Position numbers and translations under genes: made by a program. A model generated the notes under the pieces. That model did no database searches and was not told the DNA's origin. It saw nothing but the letters and a program-made list of their open reading frames with translations. From Pristiophorus japonicus (Eukaryota), in NCBI RefSeq assembly GCF_044704955.1, contig NC_091999.1, positions 65,658,001 through 65,722,000 on the forward strand: DNA of 64,000 nucleotides. Reading direction: 5' to 3'. The first letter of the stretch is position 1. Every line of letters begins with the position of its first letter. Shown in pieces: positions 36,540-50,764 of this stretch.

Positions 36540-39500
36540 ATAGAAGGAAACAGTGACAAAGGAATGACGAACCGAAAATATGATGACTATTTTCAAAAAG
36601 AAAGTCACAGCAAGCCCATGGAACTATGGACCAGTTAGGTTAACGTCAATGGTAGGAAAGACATAGGAATCTTTGCTAAAAGATTAGTAACACCATATGT
36701 ATAATCAGAGAATATAATAACCATAATCAGCATGGATTGCTAAAAGGAATATCTTCTTCAATAAACCTCATTGAATTTCTTGATGACGTAACAGAAAGAA
36801 TATACGAGGTGAATACAGTGGATCTGTGTTACATGGACTTTCAAAACGATTTCTATACGATGCCGCATCAAAGATTCATGAAAAAAGTCAGGCCGTGTGG
36901 AGTGAGAAATCAAATGGCAGAAAGGGCTGAACGATGTCTAAACACAGCGGAAAAAACAGAAAAAAGCAACAGTTAAGGTACGTTTCACAGACTGAGAGAA
37001 AGTTGTGTGTGGTGTTCTGCAGGGACCCGTGCTGAGACGACCGTTGTTTACGTCATACATCAATGATTTGCACTTGATAAATCGAGGCATACTCGACATC
37101 TGCAGATAATAGCAAATTGAGAGATATGTTCAATCACGTTGAGCGCTGGACCAAAATAGATGAAGACATCAGATGGTTCATTTTCTAAGGATAAAGAAGA
37201 AAACCACTTGCTTCATGGAAGGTAAGAAACTATAAGGGTCTGTGCAAGATAGCGATATGGGAATAAGGATACAAAAATCACTGAAGCAACAACACTGATA
37301 GGACAATAAATGTATAACAAGTCCTGGCATTCATTTCGAGAGTAATGTAATACACAAGCAGGGATGAAATCTAAAAAATGTAACAACTTGGTTAGAGGAA
37401 ATTAATATTCAAGCAGGGAGGATATAAGAACATAAGAAGATAAGAAGGAGGAGCATGAGTAGGGAACTCGAGCGTGCTCCTCCAAGCAATGATATATTTA
37501 ATGGGTGTTTAACCCTCTGCTATTGTATGCCGAGGGTAGAGTGCTACCACAGAGCCACTGCTGACAACCTTATAAAAATAATAACTTTCGAAAGGCAATT
37601 GGAGATATACTGGAAAAGGAACTGTTTGCTGGGTTGTGGGGAAAGAGCAGGGGACGTGAACTAATTGGATACCTATCTCTAAGAGCCGGGAGATGCACGA
37701 TAGGTTCAATGGCCTCGCTGTGTGCTTTCTAATTATCTGATTCGAGACAGACCATTAATGTAAATGGAATAAAAGCTGAGAAAGCCCAGCCAATATTTTC
37801 TGATAAAGCACCCGCTGTGTGTGCGAGACTCCGGCAGTGCTACCTGTCTGGGAGATCACTGCGGTGGAGTAGAAAAGTAGAAAGTAGTTAGCAAATTATT
37901 AGCGAGTGTGGAATTAAAATGTACAGTACTCGTTAAAATAGCATAGGGGGCACCGTAGGTACACATTATTATGTCGAGAGCATAGTTAAAGATTATGAAA
38001 TAGCATTTTAATTATCCAACAAAACTAGCAGGACAGCAAAGGCCATTGGTAAATATTCGGAGCAGAACAAAAGTTAATTACTGAGGAGTGTTTGTAAGAG
38101 CGGCAGCGATTAAGGAGTTGTTAAATGTGCTAACCATGTTAAACCACATAAAATGGGAATCAGGAATGCAGTGGAAGAGATAGATAAGAACATACGAATA
38201 CAAGAACGAGGAGCAGGATAAGTCCATCGGCCCCCGAGCCTGCTCCGTCATTCAAAATGATCATGGATGACCTTTCACGTCAACTCCACTTGCCTGCACT
38301 ATCCCCATATCCCTTGGTACCTGCAATATTTGAAATCTACAGATCTCTGTCTAGAATATACTCAATGACTGAGCATCCACAGACCTTCGTGGCAGAGAAT
38401 TCCAAAGATTCACCACGCTATGAGTGAAGAAATTTGTCCTCATCTCAGTCCGAAGGGGCCGACCACTTATTCTGAATCTGTGACTCCTGGTTCTAGCCAC
38501 CCGTGTCGCTAGAGAAAGGAATGGGGAGTGACATGACTGATGATATACTGACACGGTTGTAAATGTCCTCTTTTGAAAAGTTTCCATGAGGATCCGCCAA
38601 TGGCTGTAATAATCCCAGTCTTTAACATAAGATCTGGAGAGATCGAGTTAGTGAGCTCCTTGGAAAGTAGCAATGTAAAAGTGAATTATTTTGGTTTACG
38701 CGACGATGTGTCATCTTTATCTAACCTGCTGGAATTTCTGACAGACCTCATTGGGCTTTGGCGCAGAGGGAATGCAGTTCGAATGCTACAGGCAGATTTT
38801 AACGAAGCAGCGGGCAAGTTTCCATATCAACAAACGGTGAGAATTGTTGGATGGCATGGGAAACTTGGCACTACACGGACACATACTCAACAAATGAGAG
38901 CAGGCTATTGACAAGTGGGTCCTTTTCGAAGGAAAGGAATAGGTGGCTGTTGGATAAAGGGATCTGACTGGTTAATAGCTTCTTTTTAATGTATTTTTAA
39001 TAGAATCTCAACGGGATGCGGATAGCTTGGAAACAAAAAATGAAAATGATAGCAACCTGGTTAAAACATAAATCTATAGACATTTACTGGACGAGAGTAG
39101 GTCATTTGAATCTTCATATATAAACTGGTTTCCTCGTTACAACAATAAAAACAATCCACACTGTTTTCTCTCTCTCCACAGACATTCATTTACCATGATT
39201 AAAATATTCATCTAATATCCCCTTTACTATTCTCTGAGGTTAAAATATTCCATGATCCATCAGCCCTTTGCACAAATAATTTTCTACTAACCCTCCACTC
39301 ATTCCCTTTTTGACTTTTTTTTGAGAAGGTGACCTGTTCTCGTTGTCATACCAACTGGAAGCAATAATCTCGACCTCTTCACTCAGTAGAAACTGTTCAG
39401 AATTTTTAAAAAAACTCCATTAAGTTTCCTTTAAGATTTCGCTGCTGCAGTGCCAATGGTCCCAATATCTTGTCCCTCATCATCAATATAGTTCAGATCC

Positions 39501-41175
39501 ATGGCACCATTGTGGTACAGATGCAGTGTCCGTTGTCGTTGGATTTAATGTCCTTTCCACTATGAGCAGACCGAAGCTGCATCCAATGTTCTATAGGTGG
39601 CCTTATCAGCGTATTGTAATGAATTATCATCACTTATTGTTTTTGTGATCTATGCCCATTTCTATAAAGCACACAATTATTTTGGTTTTACTACGGAATT
39701 AACCACATGTAAACACAGTTTGTAGGAATTTAGTATTTCGTCCCCAAAGCTCGCTGCGCATCCACACCATTCAGTTTCTTTAAATTGATAGTCTGATCCC
39801 ATTCCTTGGCGTTCCGAGCAGAAGGAAGCAGGAACACCGCTGAACAACTTATAGCTGATTCAATGTTGCTGGTATTTTTAAAATATTATTTGGAACTACG
39901 TGCAACCGCATAATAAGTCAGTAATTACAAAGTATAATTTCTGAAAGTCTGAAGTTGTTCGCCAAACAAATAAACAGAAGAGATAGCAGGAGCAGGTCAT
40001 TTGGCACTTCGAGCCTGCTCTGCAATTCAATACGGTAATTAATGATCTGATCTAGGCATCAACTCCACTTCCTTGTCCGTTCTCCATAACCCTTGCCTCG
40101 CTTATCGTTCACCTATCTGTCTATCTCCACCTTAAATATATTCATTGAACCAGCTTCCACCACTCTCTGTGGGAGTAAATTCCACTGAATCACGACCCTA
40201 TGAAAAGTTATGTTTCTCCACCTCAATTTCAAAGGGACGACCCCAGATTCGGAAGCTATGCCCACTAGTTCTAGATATGTCCCACGAGGGGAAACATCCT
40301 CTGTGCATCTACCCATTAAAAGCCCCCTCATAATCGTATATGATTCAACAAGAAAACCTCTCATTTATAGAATCAGCAATTAGTATAGATCCAACCTGCT
40401 CAATCTTTCTTTAAACGACAACGCGTTCATCTCAGGAATCAACCCAGTGAACCTTCTCTGAACTCCCTCCATTCCAGATATATTCCTCCTTAATTAACTA
40501 AACCAAATGTGTACACAATACTTCAGGTGTGGTCTCATCAATGCACTGTACAGTTGTCGTAGGATTTCCCTACTTTAATGTTCCATCATTTTTAAATCAA
40601 AAAGAGAGTTGTTATTTAAATGGGGAAAGATTGCAAGGTGCTGCAGTACAGCGGGACCTGGGGGTACTTGTGCATGAAACACAAAGGTTTAGCATGCAAA
40701 TGGAGCAAGTGATCAGGAAGACCAATGGATTGTTGGCCTTTATTGCAAACGGGACGGAGTACAAAAGCAGTGACGTTTGGCTACTGTTATATCGGGTTCT
40801 ACTGAGGCCACATATGGAATACTGCGTGCAGTGTTGCCTTCCATATTTTGGAAAGGATATACTTGATTTTGAGGCAGTTCAGAGAAGGTTCACAAGGTTA
40901 ATTCCAGAGATGAGCGGGTTGACTTATGAGGAAAGGTTGAATATGTTGGGCCTCTACTCATTGGAATTCTGCAGAATGGGAGGTGATCTTATCAACACGT
41001 TTAAGATTATGAGGGGGCATGACAAGATGACTGCAGAGACACTGCTTTCACTGATAGTGGAGACTAGAACTAGAAGGCATAATCTTATAATAATGGCCCT
41101 CCCATTAATCACTGAGATGAGGAGAAATTTCTTCTCTCAGAGGGATGTGGATCTGTGGAATTCGCTGCCTCAAGA
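36540..41175. mobile_element. Mosaic of old CR1 fragments on both strands
   Basis: + 36540-37745 (INLIEFLDDV, YMDFQ); - 38185-38500; + 38640-38930 (SNLLEFL); - 39070-39800; - 39975-40575; + 40585-41175 (QRDLGVLVHET, RPHMEYCVQ). Confidence 0.85.
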
Positions 41176-42529
41176 GCTGGCTCTGCTTCACTATATTGTG
41201 ATTTTCCAAATGACCTGCTTCTATTTCCTCAATAGTGGACTCCAGTATTTGCCCAATGAAAGATGTTAGCCTAACTGGTGTATAGTTTTCTGCTTTCTTT
41301 CTCCCTCCGTTGTTAAATAGTGCCGCTTTATTTGCGGTTCTACAGTCCCGTGGGACCTCTCCAGAATCCAGGGGTTTTGGTAGATTGCAAGCAATGCATC
41401 CACTATCTCTGCAGCTTTTTATTTTAAGATCTCAGAATGCAGGCCGTCAGGTTCAGGGAATTGTACACCATGAGTCCCATTATGTTTCCGAGTCCTTTTT
41501 CTCCAGTGATAGAGATTGCTTTAATTCTCCATCCCTATAGCCTCTTGATTATTTATTATTAGGATGCTTTTAGTGTCTTCTAGCGTGAATATCGATAAAA
41601 ATATTTATTGAAAGTCTCTCCCATTTCCCCGTTTCCAATTATTTAATACAGAATACTTAATGTCAGTTTGATTTTACCTGGATTTCTGGTTTTGTTTTTG
41701 CAGATACCGTGCAACAATTTTAAGAGTTTATTAAATCTATGACAAAACGTTGTCCCTTTATTATTTCGTTTGGCAAACTGATTAATTTAGGACAGCAATA
41801 AAATTATTCAAGATTATTTTATTCAACGCACAAAAAAGACAGAATCCATCGTTTTGCTGAGTTAGAAACACCAGTCAGTGTAAAATCTGTATTGTAAGGA
41901 AGTAACCGGTAGGGAAGAGGTGAAGGGTCACAACGATGAGCCAAGTTCCGACTGTTTATCCATTCTAACACATAGCACATTTCAAGAGCCAGACGAATGG
42001 CGTCCAATTGAGAGACCCGCACATGCAATATTCACACCAAACTTCCAGGAATGTTACCAATATTGGCGATCGCAAGTTCTTTGGTTGTTTTGGCAAAGAA
42101 CGCAGCTTTAATGATGATTTTAAATGGGCGCACCCGATCCCAGCAGCTGTATTGTAATGTGGATTCCTCTGTTGCCCATTCGTCCGCCTCCTCTACTAAA
42201 CCTCATCATTATTACATTTCATCTCCGCACTTGAAATGTGCTGAATTTGCTGGGATAGATTAAGTTTACTCCACACAATATGCGTGAAAATGGAAAGTAT
42301 AACAGAGAGTGGGAACAGAAATGTGTCTCGGGTGATTGCGCAAATCAGGCCGCTGTTATAAGGAGTGGTTATGAATAAAGAAATACGTGGATTATATAGC
42401 GCCTTTCACGTCCACCAGCACTTTACAGCGAATTAAGTAACTTTGGAGTGCAGTCACTGCTATGTGTCAACTATTCTGTATACCAGGCGCTCGTGTAATG
42501 GGGGGGAGGGTGGGGGGAGGAGCGATATT

Positions 42530-43505
42530 CTATAATTATCGACTTGGAAGAAGGGACTGAGTGTAAAGTAGCCAAGTTTGCTGACGATACAATGATGGGA
42601 GGAAAAGCAATGTGTGAGGAGAACAAAAAAAATCTGCAAAACGACTTAGACAAGCTAAGTGAGTGGACAACAATTTGGCAGATGGACGATAATGTTGAAA
42701 ATTGTGAGGTCATGCACCTTGGCAGAAAAAAAATCAAAGAGCAAGTTATTATTTAAATGGAGAAAGATTGCAAAGTGCTGCAGTACAGCGGGACCTGGGC
42801 TTACTTGTGCATGAAACACAGAATGTTAGTATGCAGGTACAGCAAGTGATCAGGAAGGCCAATAGTATCTCGGCCTTTATTGCAAAGGGATGTAGTCTAA
42901 AAGCAGGAAAGTCTTACTACAATTATATAAGAGATTGGTGAGGCCACACACGAATACTGCGTGCAGTTTTGGTTTCCATATTTTAAAAAGGTTATACTTG
43001 CTTTGGACGGAGTTCGGAGAAGTTTCACGAGATTGATTCCGGAGATGAGGGGGTTCACTTTTAAGGAAAGGTTCGCCTCTACTCATTGGAATTCAGAAGA
43101 ATGTGAGCTGATCTTATCGAAACGTATAAGATTATGAGGGGGCTTTACAATGTGGATGCAGAGAGGCTGTTTCCACTGATGGGGGAGACTTGAACTCGAG
43201 GGCACGATGTTGGAATAACGGGCCGCCCATTTAAAACAGAGATGAGGAGAAATTACTTCTCTCACAGAGTTGTAAATCTGTGGAACTCGCTGCCTCAGAG
43301 AGCTGGGGAAGCTGGGATATTGAATAAATTTAAGACAGAACTAGACAGTGTCTTAAACGATAAGGAGATAAGGGGTTATGGGGAGCTGGCGAGGCAGTGG
43401 AGCTGAGTCCATGATCAGATCAGGCATGATCTTACTGAATGATGGAGCAGACTCGAGGGGCCGTATGGCCTTCTCCTGTTCCTATTTCTTATGCTCTTAT
43501 GTTTT
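42530..43505 (+). mobile_element. CR1 3' fragment (duplicated at 49610-50590 and 59475-60462)
   Basis: EEGTECKVAKFADDTMMGGK..; the same 5' truncation point in all three units. Confidence 0.93.
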
Positions 43506-43677
43506 ATGACACCATCCAAAACGAATTTCCAGCATTGCGTTTGCTACGAAATGGATGAAATGTTCACAAATGAACACAACCAGTTTTAACATTACCAGAA
43601 TAAAGAAAATTAAACAATGCAACGGAGTTCAAATTGAGATTTATTTACAAAAAGCTTTTCATTCGACTTGATTCTTG

Positions 43678-45097
43678 TTATCTGCATTTCCTGTCTAATC
43701 TCAGAATGAGTGCCCAGAGAGATTTCACATAATTCTTCAGCACTGTTCTGAATTTCCCCTGGGTGGCTGCGTAAATGCACGGGTTTTGAATGCTACTCAA
43801 AAACTTCAATAGAGTTCCGGTTTCCATGGTGATATATCCAGGGACTGTGCGGTTGCCTCGGTAATAAGTGGTCTTTGGCAGACTGGTAGTAACAAAGCTC
43901 ATGGCAGATGTCAACCACATCTGTACAAAACTGTGCGATATAGTGAACAGAAAATGATGGATTTCCTTCGGTTCTGCATCTCTGTTTCGCTATGATTCTC
44001 ATTCCTGAGACGCCGCAGTCCCCTGCGAGGTCTATTGGCCACTAATACATGATGGATAGTTAATGAATTAAACAGGACAATTAAAGTAAAATGAAGCCGA
44101 ACAACCCAAGCGCAATCAAATCAGACGTACACTGCACCTAATGGTCAGTGAAAAAACGCCGATCTTGACTGGCAGCCCCAAAGCACATTGTTGATCTTTT
44201 GCTGAGGTTCATATGCAAACAAAAGACGAATATCCTTGAAACAACTCAAAACAAAAAATGTTGTTATAACCGCAGCCGCAGATTGCACAGTCCAATATCT
44301 TGATTAAATTTATGGTAACAGAGAGCTACATATCGCTCAAATGTGAAGAAGATGGTGAACCAAACAGACAAATCAAAGGTGACCGTTGTCATGTAAATAA
44401 TTAGCCGACACTAGGAAGTATGGGACAGCAATGAAAATTGAAAGTGGTAACTGAAAATATCATACACTGTTACATTGATCATGACCAGTAGATCCGCTGC
44501 TGCCATTGCCATCATGCAGACCGAGATACACTTGCAAAGGCCGCACTTTCCTCGGCAGAGAATCACAATTGTCAACAAGTTCGCTGTAAGAAAGAGAGAG
44601 GAGATAAATAATGTTGTAGTGTTTGAATGAAATAGACACGGAGATACCTGTTGAGAACATTCCACTCCATTCAGTGTGATTATCAACATTAAGCAGTGTA
44701 AGAACACGATTATTAGTGCAGCCATTGCCTGGGTATAATCCCCAAACATTTAATGAGCCACTGCAGCACTCATGATGCACAGTGTAAAAAGAACGGCTGG
44801 AAATCCGCTAAAAATCTAAGCGTTGACCTTCAAAATTCATTGTGATCGCTAAGATTATCGGATTTTAAGGAATGTGGTCAGTGCAGACATGCAGTTGACG
44901 ACCTTGTTCCGGTCACTACCGAATGTGTGACGCTGACATCCTGGAAACACATTAACTTATCCAACGGGCTGTAAGATGATGGAAACAACTAAAAGAGATT
45001 AACAACAAACAGGTTACATTGGCTCATCGGGAATACCGAGGGCTGCGAGAATCGGGTAGTAAATCTGTTTAGTCATAACAATAATCGGTCGCCCCAT
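43678..45097 (-). pseudogene. GPR139/GPR142-like GPCR pseudogene, copy 2 (exon 1 45028-45097, exon 2 43678-44583)
   Basis: Exon 1 MGRPIIVMTKQIYYPILAALGIP with the donor mutated to AT; exon 2 ANLLTIVILCRGKCGL..AMAAADLLV..FTFERYVALC..QNPCIYAATQGKFR; TAG at 44411 and frameshifts. Confidence 0.92.
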
Positions 45098-45529
45098 TTT
45101 CCGTGAGAATGGATAAATTCCGCAGCAGTGGAAAGCTTCTGACTGGCGCACTGCTGAAGCAATGGAAAGTGAACCTTTATTGATCTACACATCAATGCAT
45201 CAGGGAATCAATTGAGTTTAACATTAGTCTCAGTCACGTAATAAATACACGAATGTAATTAGCAGTGTTTTCTCTGATACCTCTTTTTAAAAAAACATTT
45301 TGACATTGCTCCAGGACAATAAAAAGAAACACAATTAAAATATTTTTTACAAGTGTAAAGTGAACTGTCCCAGCACTGGTTCTGACCCTATTCCTACCAT
45401 TGTGAGGAGAGTCTGCCCAGCAAAAATCGCGGAAACCCTGCCTTGCTACACGACTGGTGCAAGAACTCCTTCACATCAGTGGTGAAATAAATCATGTAAT
45501 ACATGTGATGACAAAGGTACTGTAGCTTT

Positions 45530-46225
45530 AAAAGTGTCCGTATCTCTCCAGTATTAGTGGCACCTACACATACAGTAGAGGTGACCGAGTTCCTCTGTTA
45601 CTTGTTGAACCTACACATACACTAGAGGTGACCATATCCCTCCTGTACTTGTAATACCCTACACATACACGAGAGGTGACCGTATCGCTCCTGTACTAGA
45701 GGTACCTACACTTACACTAGAGGTGACCATATCCTTCCTGTCCTAGTGGTACCTACACTTACACTAGAGGTGATCGTGTCCCTCTTGTACTATTGGTACC
45801 TACACATACACTAGAGGTGACCGTATCCCTACTGTATTTGTAGTACCTACACTTACACTAGAGGTGACTGAGATCCTACAGTACTAGTGGTTACTATACT
45901 TACACCAGAGGTGACCATATCCCTCCTTTACTTGTAATACCAACACATACACGACAGGTGACTGTATCGCTCCTGTGCTAGAGGTATCTACACTTACACT
46001 CGAGGTGATCGTGTCTCTCCTGTACTATTGGTACCTACACTTACACTCGAGGTGACCGTATCCCTCCTGTCTTTGTGTTTCCTTTACATACACTAGATGT
46101 GATCGTATCTCTCCAGTTTTAGTCATACATGCACTTATACTACAAGTGACTATGCTCCTCTGTTACTAGTTTTAACTACACTTACCCGGAATGACCTTGT
46201 CTCTCCGTTACTATTGGTACCTAGA
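45530..46225. repeat. 47-bp VNTR upstream of GPCR copy 2 (about 15 units)
   Basis: Unit TACACTTACACTAGAGGTGACCGTATCCCTCCTGTACTAGTGGTACC (period 47, 45673/45720). Confidence 0.96.
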
Positions 46226-47163
46226 GTTGCATTAGAGGCAACTGTGCTACCTCGGTGCTTTTAGAGGTAATGGAATTACTCCTGCCTTTATCCCAGAGAA
46301 GAAATTAATCCTCCTTTCCATTTCACATGGGCGACGCCTTATTCTGAAACTATTCTGCCTAGTTGTAGATACATCCTCTCTGCAACTAGACTGGCAAGCC
46401 CCCGCAGAGTTTTATAAGATTCAATGTGGTTACCTCTCATTCTTCCAAACTCCAATGAGTATACGCCCAACGTGTTGAACCTTTTTTCATACGACAATCG
46501 CTTCACCTCATGAAGCAAACTAGTGAAACTTCGCTGAATTGTCTCCAATGTAAATACATCCCTCCTTAAATAAGGAGACCAAACTATATCCAGTACTCCA
46601 GGTGTGGTCTCACCAAACAGTTGTAGCAGGATTTCCCGACTTTTCCACACCATCCCGCTTGCAATCACTTAGCCCATCGACATCGCTTTGCAGATTCTTT
46701 ATATCCGCCTCAAAACTTTCTTTCCCACCTATCTTTGTAGCCTCAGCAAATATGTTTCATTACACTCGATCCCTTCATGCAAATCATTAATATAAATTGT
46801 AAATGCTTGTGGCCCCAGTATTGATCGCTGCGCCACCACACTAGTTAGTTTGCCAACCTGAAAATGACCCATTTATCCAGACACTATGTTAGATAGCCAG
46901 TCCTCTCTCCATGCTAATATATATTACAGCCAAATTCATTGTCTTTTATATTGTATCGTGACACTTTATGTTGCACCTTATCGAATGCCTTCTGGAAATA
47001 CAAATACAAGACATCTACCGGTTCCTCTGTATCCACCCTGCTCGTTAACTATTCAATTAACTCCCGCAAATGTGACAAACATGATTTATTTCCATACAAC
47101 GATGCTGACTCTGCTTGTCTGTGTGATGATTTCCTCAGTGTCCTCTTGCTACTTCCTTAATAA

Positions 47164-47665
47164 CACTCTCTTCCGCAGGCAACCGAAGGCTGCACAGATG
47201 CAATGGAGGTGGAGTTGGGCCTCGTTATAGATGTCTGCCCTTGCTGAGTTTCGGCTCCCGAGCATGTAAAGGTGTCTACTTTGTGCAAGGCCAAGCCATG
47301 TACTATGATGACTTGGGGGCAGTGCTTTGTGCCGGGGTTAGTTTGATGGATGACCTTTGCCTTACTGATGGTTAGTCTAACTCCAATGCTTTCGTAAACC
47401 TCGGTGAAGATGTCGACAATATTTTGGAGTTCAGTTTCTGAATGTGCGCAGAAACATTCATCGTCAGTGTACTGTAGTTCGATGAGACAGCATGGGAAAG
47501 GAGTGCCCTCCTAACTGGCTCAGAGACGGGGACCACACAACAGTAGACGCCTCAAATTGCTGGAGATATATTACCAACTCTGTCTCCAGAAGAACCTGCA
47601 AATCCCCTCAGAGGATAGATGCACCAATGTTAGTGTTCTCGATCAGGCCAAAACCCGCATCAGCG
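47164..47665. mobile_element. 5'-inverted RTE insertion, truncated duplicate
   Basis: Same inverted/forward junction as 55217-56190, cut at ~47665 by a CR1 (47665-48395). Confidence 0.8.
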
Positions 47666-50600
47666 AGACCTGTGTGTCATGCTACATCAGTCATTGAAGG
47701 CTGGCATGCAGTTAAAGCAGGCGGGTAAGAAAACAAATGGCATGTTGGCATTCATAGCGAGGGGATTTGAGTACGGGGCTGGGAGGTGTTACTACAGTTG
47801 TATAGGGCCTTGGTGAGGCCACAACTGGAGTATTGTGTACAGTTTTGGTCTCCTAACGTGAGGAAGGACATTCTTGCTATTGAGGGAGTGCATCGATGGT
47901 TCACTAGACTGATTCCCGGGATGGCGGACTGATATATCAAGAAAGACTGTGTCAACTGGGCTTGTATTCACTGGAGTTCAGAAGAATGAGAGGGGATATC
48001 TTAGAAACGTTAAAACATTCTGACGGGTTTAGACAGGTTAGATGCAGGAAGAATGTTCCCAATGTTGGGGAAGTCCAGAACCAGGGGTCACAGTCTAAGG
48101 ATAATGGGGAAGCCATTTAGGACCGAGATGAGGAAAAACTTGTTCTCGCAGAGAGTGGGGAACGTGTTAAATTCTCTAACACAGAACATTTTTGAGGCAA
48201 ATTCACCAAATATATTCAAAAAGGAGTTGATGTATTCCTAATTACTAGTGGGATCAAGGTTTATAGTGGAAAAAGCAGGAATGGGGTACTGAAATTGCAC
48301 GTTCAGCCATGAACTCATTGAATGAAGATGCCGGCTCGAAGAGTCGAATGGCCTCCTCCTGCACCTATTTTCTATGTCTATGTCTCTATGTTTTCTAAAT
48401 AAACTACATCGAATGGTACCACATTTATCCACCTTACTCTTTATATTCTCAATGAACTCCAGCAAATTGTCAAACATGATTTCTCTTTCATAAAATCATG
48501 CTGACTCTGCTTGACTATATTCTGATATTCTAAATGACCAGATTCTATTCCTTAATAGTGGTCTCCTGTATTTGCCCAATCACAGCTGTTAGTCTAACTG
48601 GTCTATAGTTTTCTGCTTTCTTTCTCCCTCTATTCTTAAATAGTGCCACTTTATTTGTGGTTTTACAATCCCGTGCGACCTCTCCAGAATGCAGGGGTTT
48701 TGGTAGATTGCAGCAAGGCATCCACTATCGCTCCAGCTATTTATTTTAAGATGTCAGAATGCAGGCCATCAGATTCAGGGAATTGTACACCATGAGTCAA
48801 ATTATGTTACCGTGTCCTTTTTCTCCAGTGATAGAGATTGTTTTAATTCTCCCTCCCTATAGCCTCTTGATTATTTATTATGAGGATGCTTTTAGTGTCT
48901 TCCAGCGTGAAGACAGATAAAAATATTTATTGAAAATCTCTCCCATTTCCCCATTTCCAATTATTTAATACAGAATACTTAATGTCAGTTTGATTTTAAA
49001 TGGATTTCTGATCGTGTTTTTTGCAGATAACTTGCAACAGTTTTAAGAGTTTATTAAATTATGACAAAACGTTAATTTTGATGTCCCTTTATTATTTCGT
49101 TTGGCAAACTGATTAATTTAGGACAGCAATAATATTATTCAAGAGTGGTTATTGAACGCACAAAAAAGATAGAATCCATCGTTTTGCTAAGTTAGAAACA
49201 CCCGTCAGTGTACAATCTATATTGTAAGGAAGTAACTGGGAGAGAAGAGGTGAAAAGTCACATCGCTCAGCCTAGGTCCGACTGTTTATTCCATTGTAAC
49301 ACATAGCACATTTCAAGAGCCCGAGGAATGGTGTGTGATGGAGAGACACGCACAGACAATTTTCACACCAATCTTCTAGAATGTTACCAATATTGGTGAT
49401 TGCAAGTTCAGTGGTTGTTTTGGCAATGAATGCCGCTTGTTATAAGGAGTGGTTATAAATAAAGAATTACGCAGATTTATATAGCGCCTTTCACGTCCAC
49501 CAGCACTTTACAGCCAAATAAGTAAGTTTGGAGTGTAGTCACTGTTATGAGTCTAGTATTCTGAATACCAGGTGCTCCTATAACGGGGGATGTGGGGGTG
49601 AGGGCGATGTCCTATATTAGCGACCTGGAAGAAGGGATTGAGTGTAACGTAGCCAAGTTTGCTGATGATACAATGCTGGGAGGAAAAGCAATGTGTGAGG
49701 AGGACAGAGAAAAACTGTAAAAGGACATTAGACAGGCGAAGTGAGGTGGCAAATGTTTGGCAGATGGACTATAATGTTGGAATGTGTGAGGTCATGCACT
49801 TAGGCAGAAAAAATCAAAGAGCAAGTTATGATTTGAATGGAGAAAGATTGCAAAATGCTGCTGTACAGTGGGACCTGGGGTCCCTTGTGCATGAAACACA
49901 AAAGGATAGTATGCAGGTGCAGCAAGTGATAGGAAGGCCTATGGTATCTTGGCCTTTATTCCAAAGGGCTGGAGTATAAAAGCAGGAAATTCTTACTTCA
50001 GCTATATACGATATTGGTGTGGCCACACACGGAATACTGCGTGCAGTTTTGGTTTTCATATTTAAAAAAGGATATACTTGCTTTGGAGGCATTTCGGAGA
50101 ATATTTACAAAGTTGATTCCGGAGATGACAGGCTTGTCTTATGAGGAAAGCTGACGGATTTTGGCTCTCTACTCATTGGAGTTCAGAAGAATGTGAGGTG
50201 ATCTTATCGAATCGTATAAGATTATGAGGGGGCTTGACAACGTCAATGCAGAGAGGATGTTTCTATTGATGGGTGAGATTGGAACTAGTGTGCACGATTT
50301 TAGAATAAGGGTCCGCTTATTTAAAACAAAATTGTGGATTAATTTCTTCTCTCAGAGGATTGTAAATCTGTGGAATTCGCTGCCTCAAAGAACTGTGGAA
50401 GCTGGAACATTGAATAACTTTAAGACAGAAATAGACAGATTCTCAAAGGATAGGTGGATAAGAGGTTATGGGGAGCAGGCAGCGACGTGGAGCTGACACC
50501 ATGATCAGATCAGCCTTGATCTTACTGAGTGACGGAACAGGCTTGAGGCAGCGTATGGCCTTCTGTCCTGATTTCCTATGTTGTTATGATCTTTTGACAC

Positions 50601-50764
50601 CATCCAAGACGAATTTCCAGCATTGCGTTTGTTACGAAATAGATTACATTTTGACAAATGAACACACCCAGTTTTAACATTAGACGAAAAAGCAACATTC
50701 GACAACGTAACGGAGTTCAAATTGAGATTTATTTAAAAAAGCTTTTCATTCGACTTGATTCTTG

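Noticed and set aside
44778-44815. Perfect CACAGTG in the intron of GPCR copy 2
   Set aside because: No nonamer at canonical spacing, and not conserved in copies 3 and 4.
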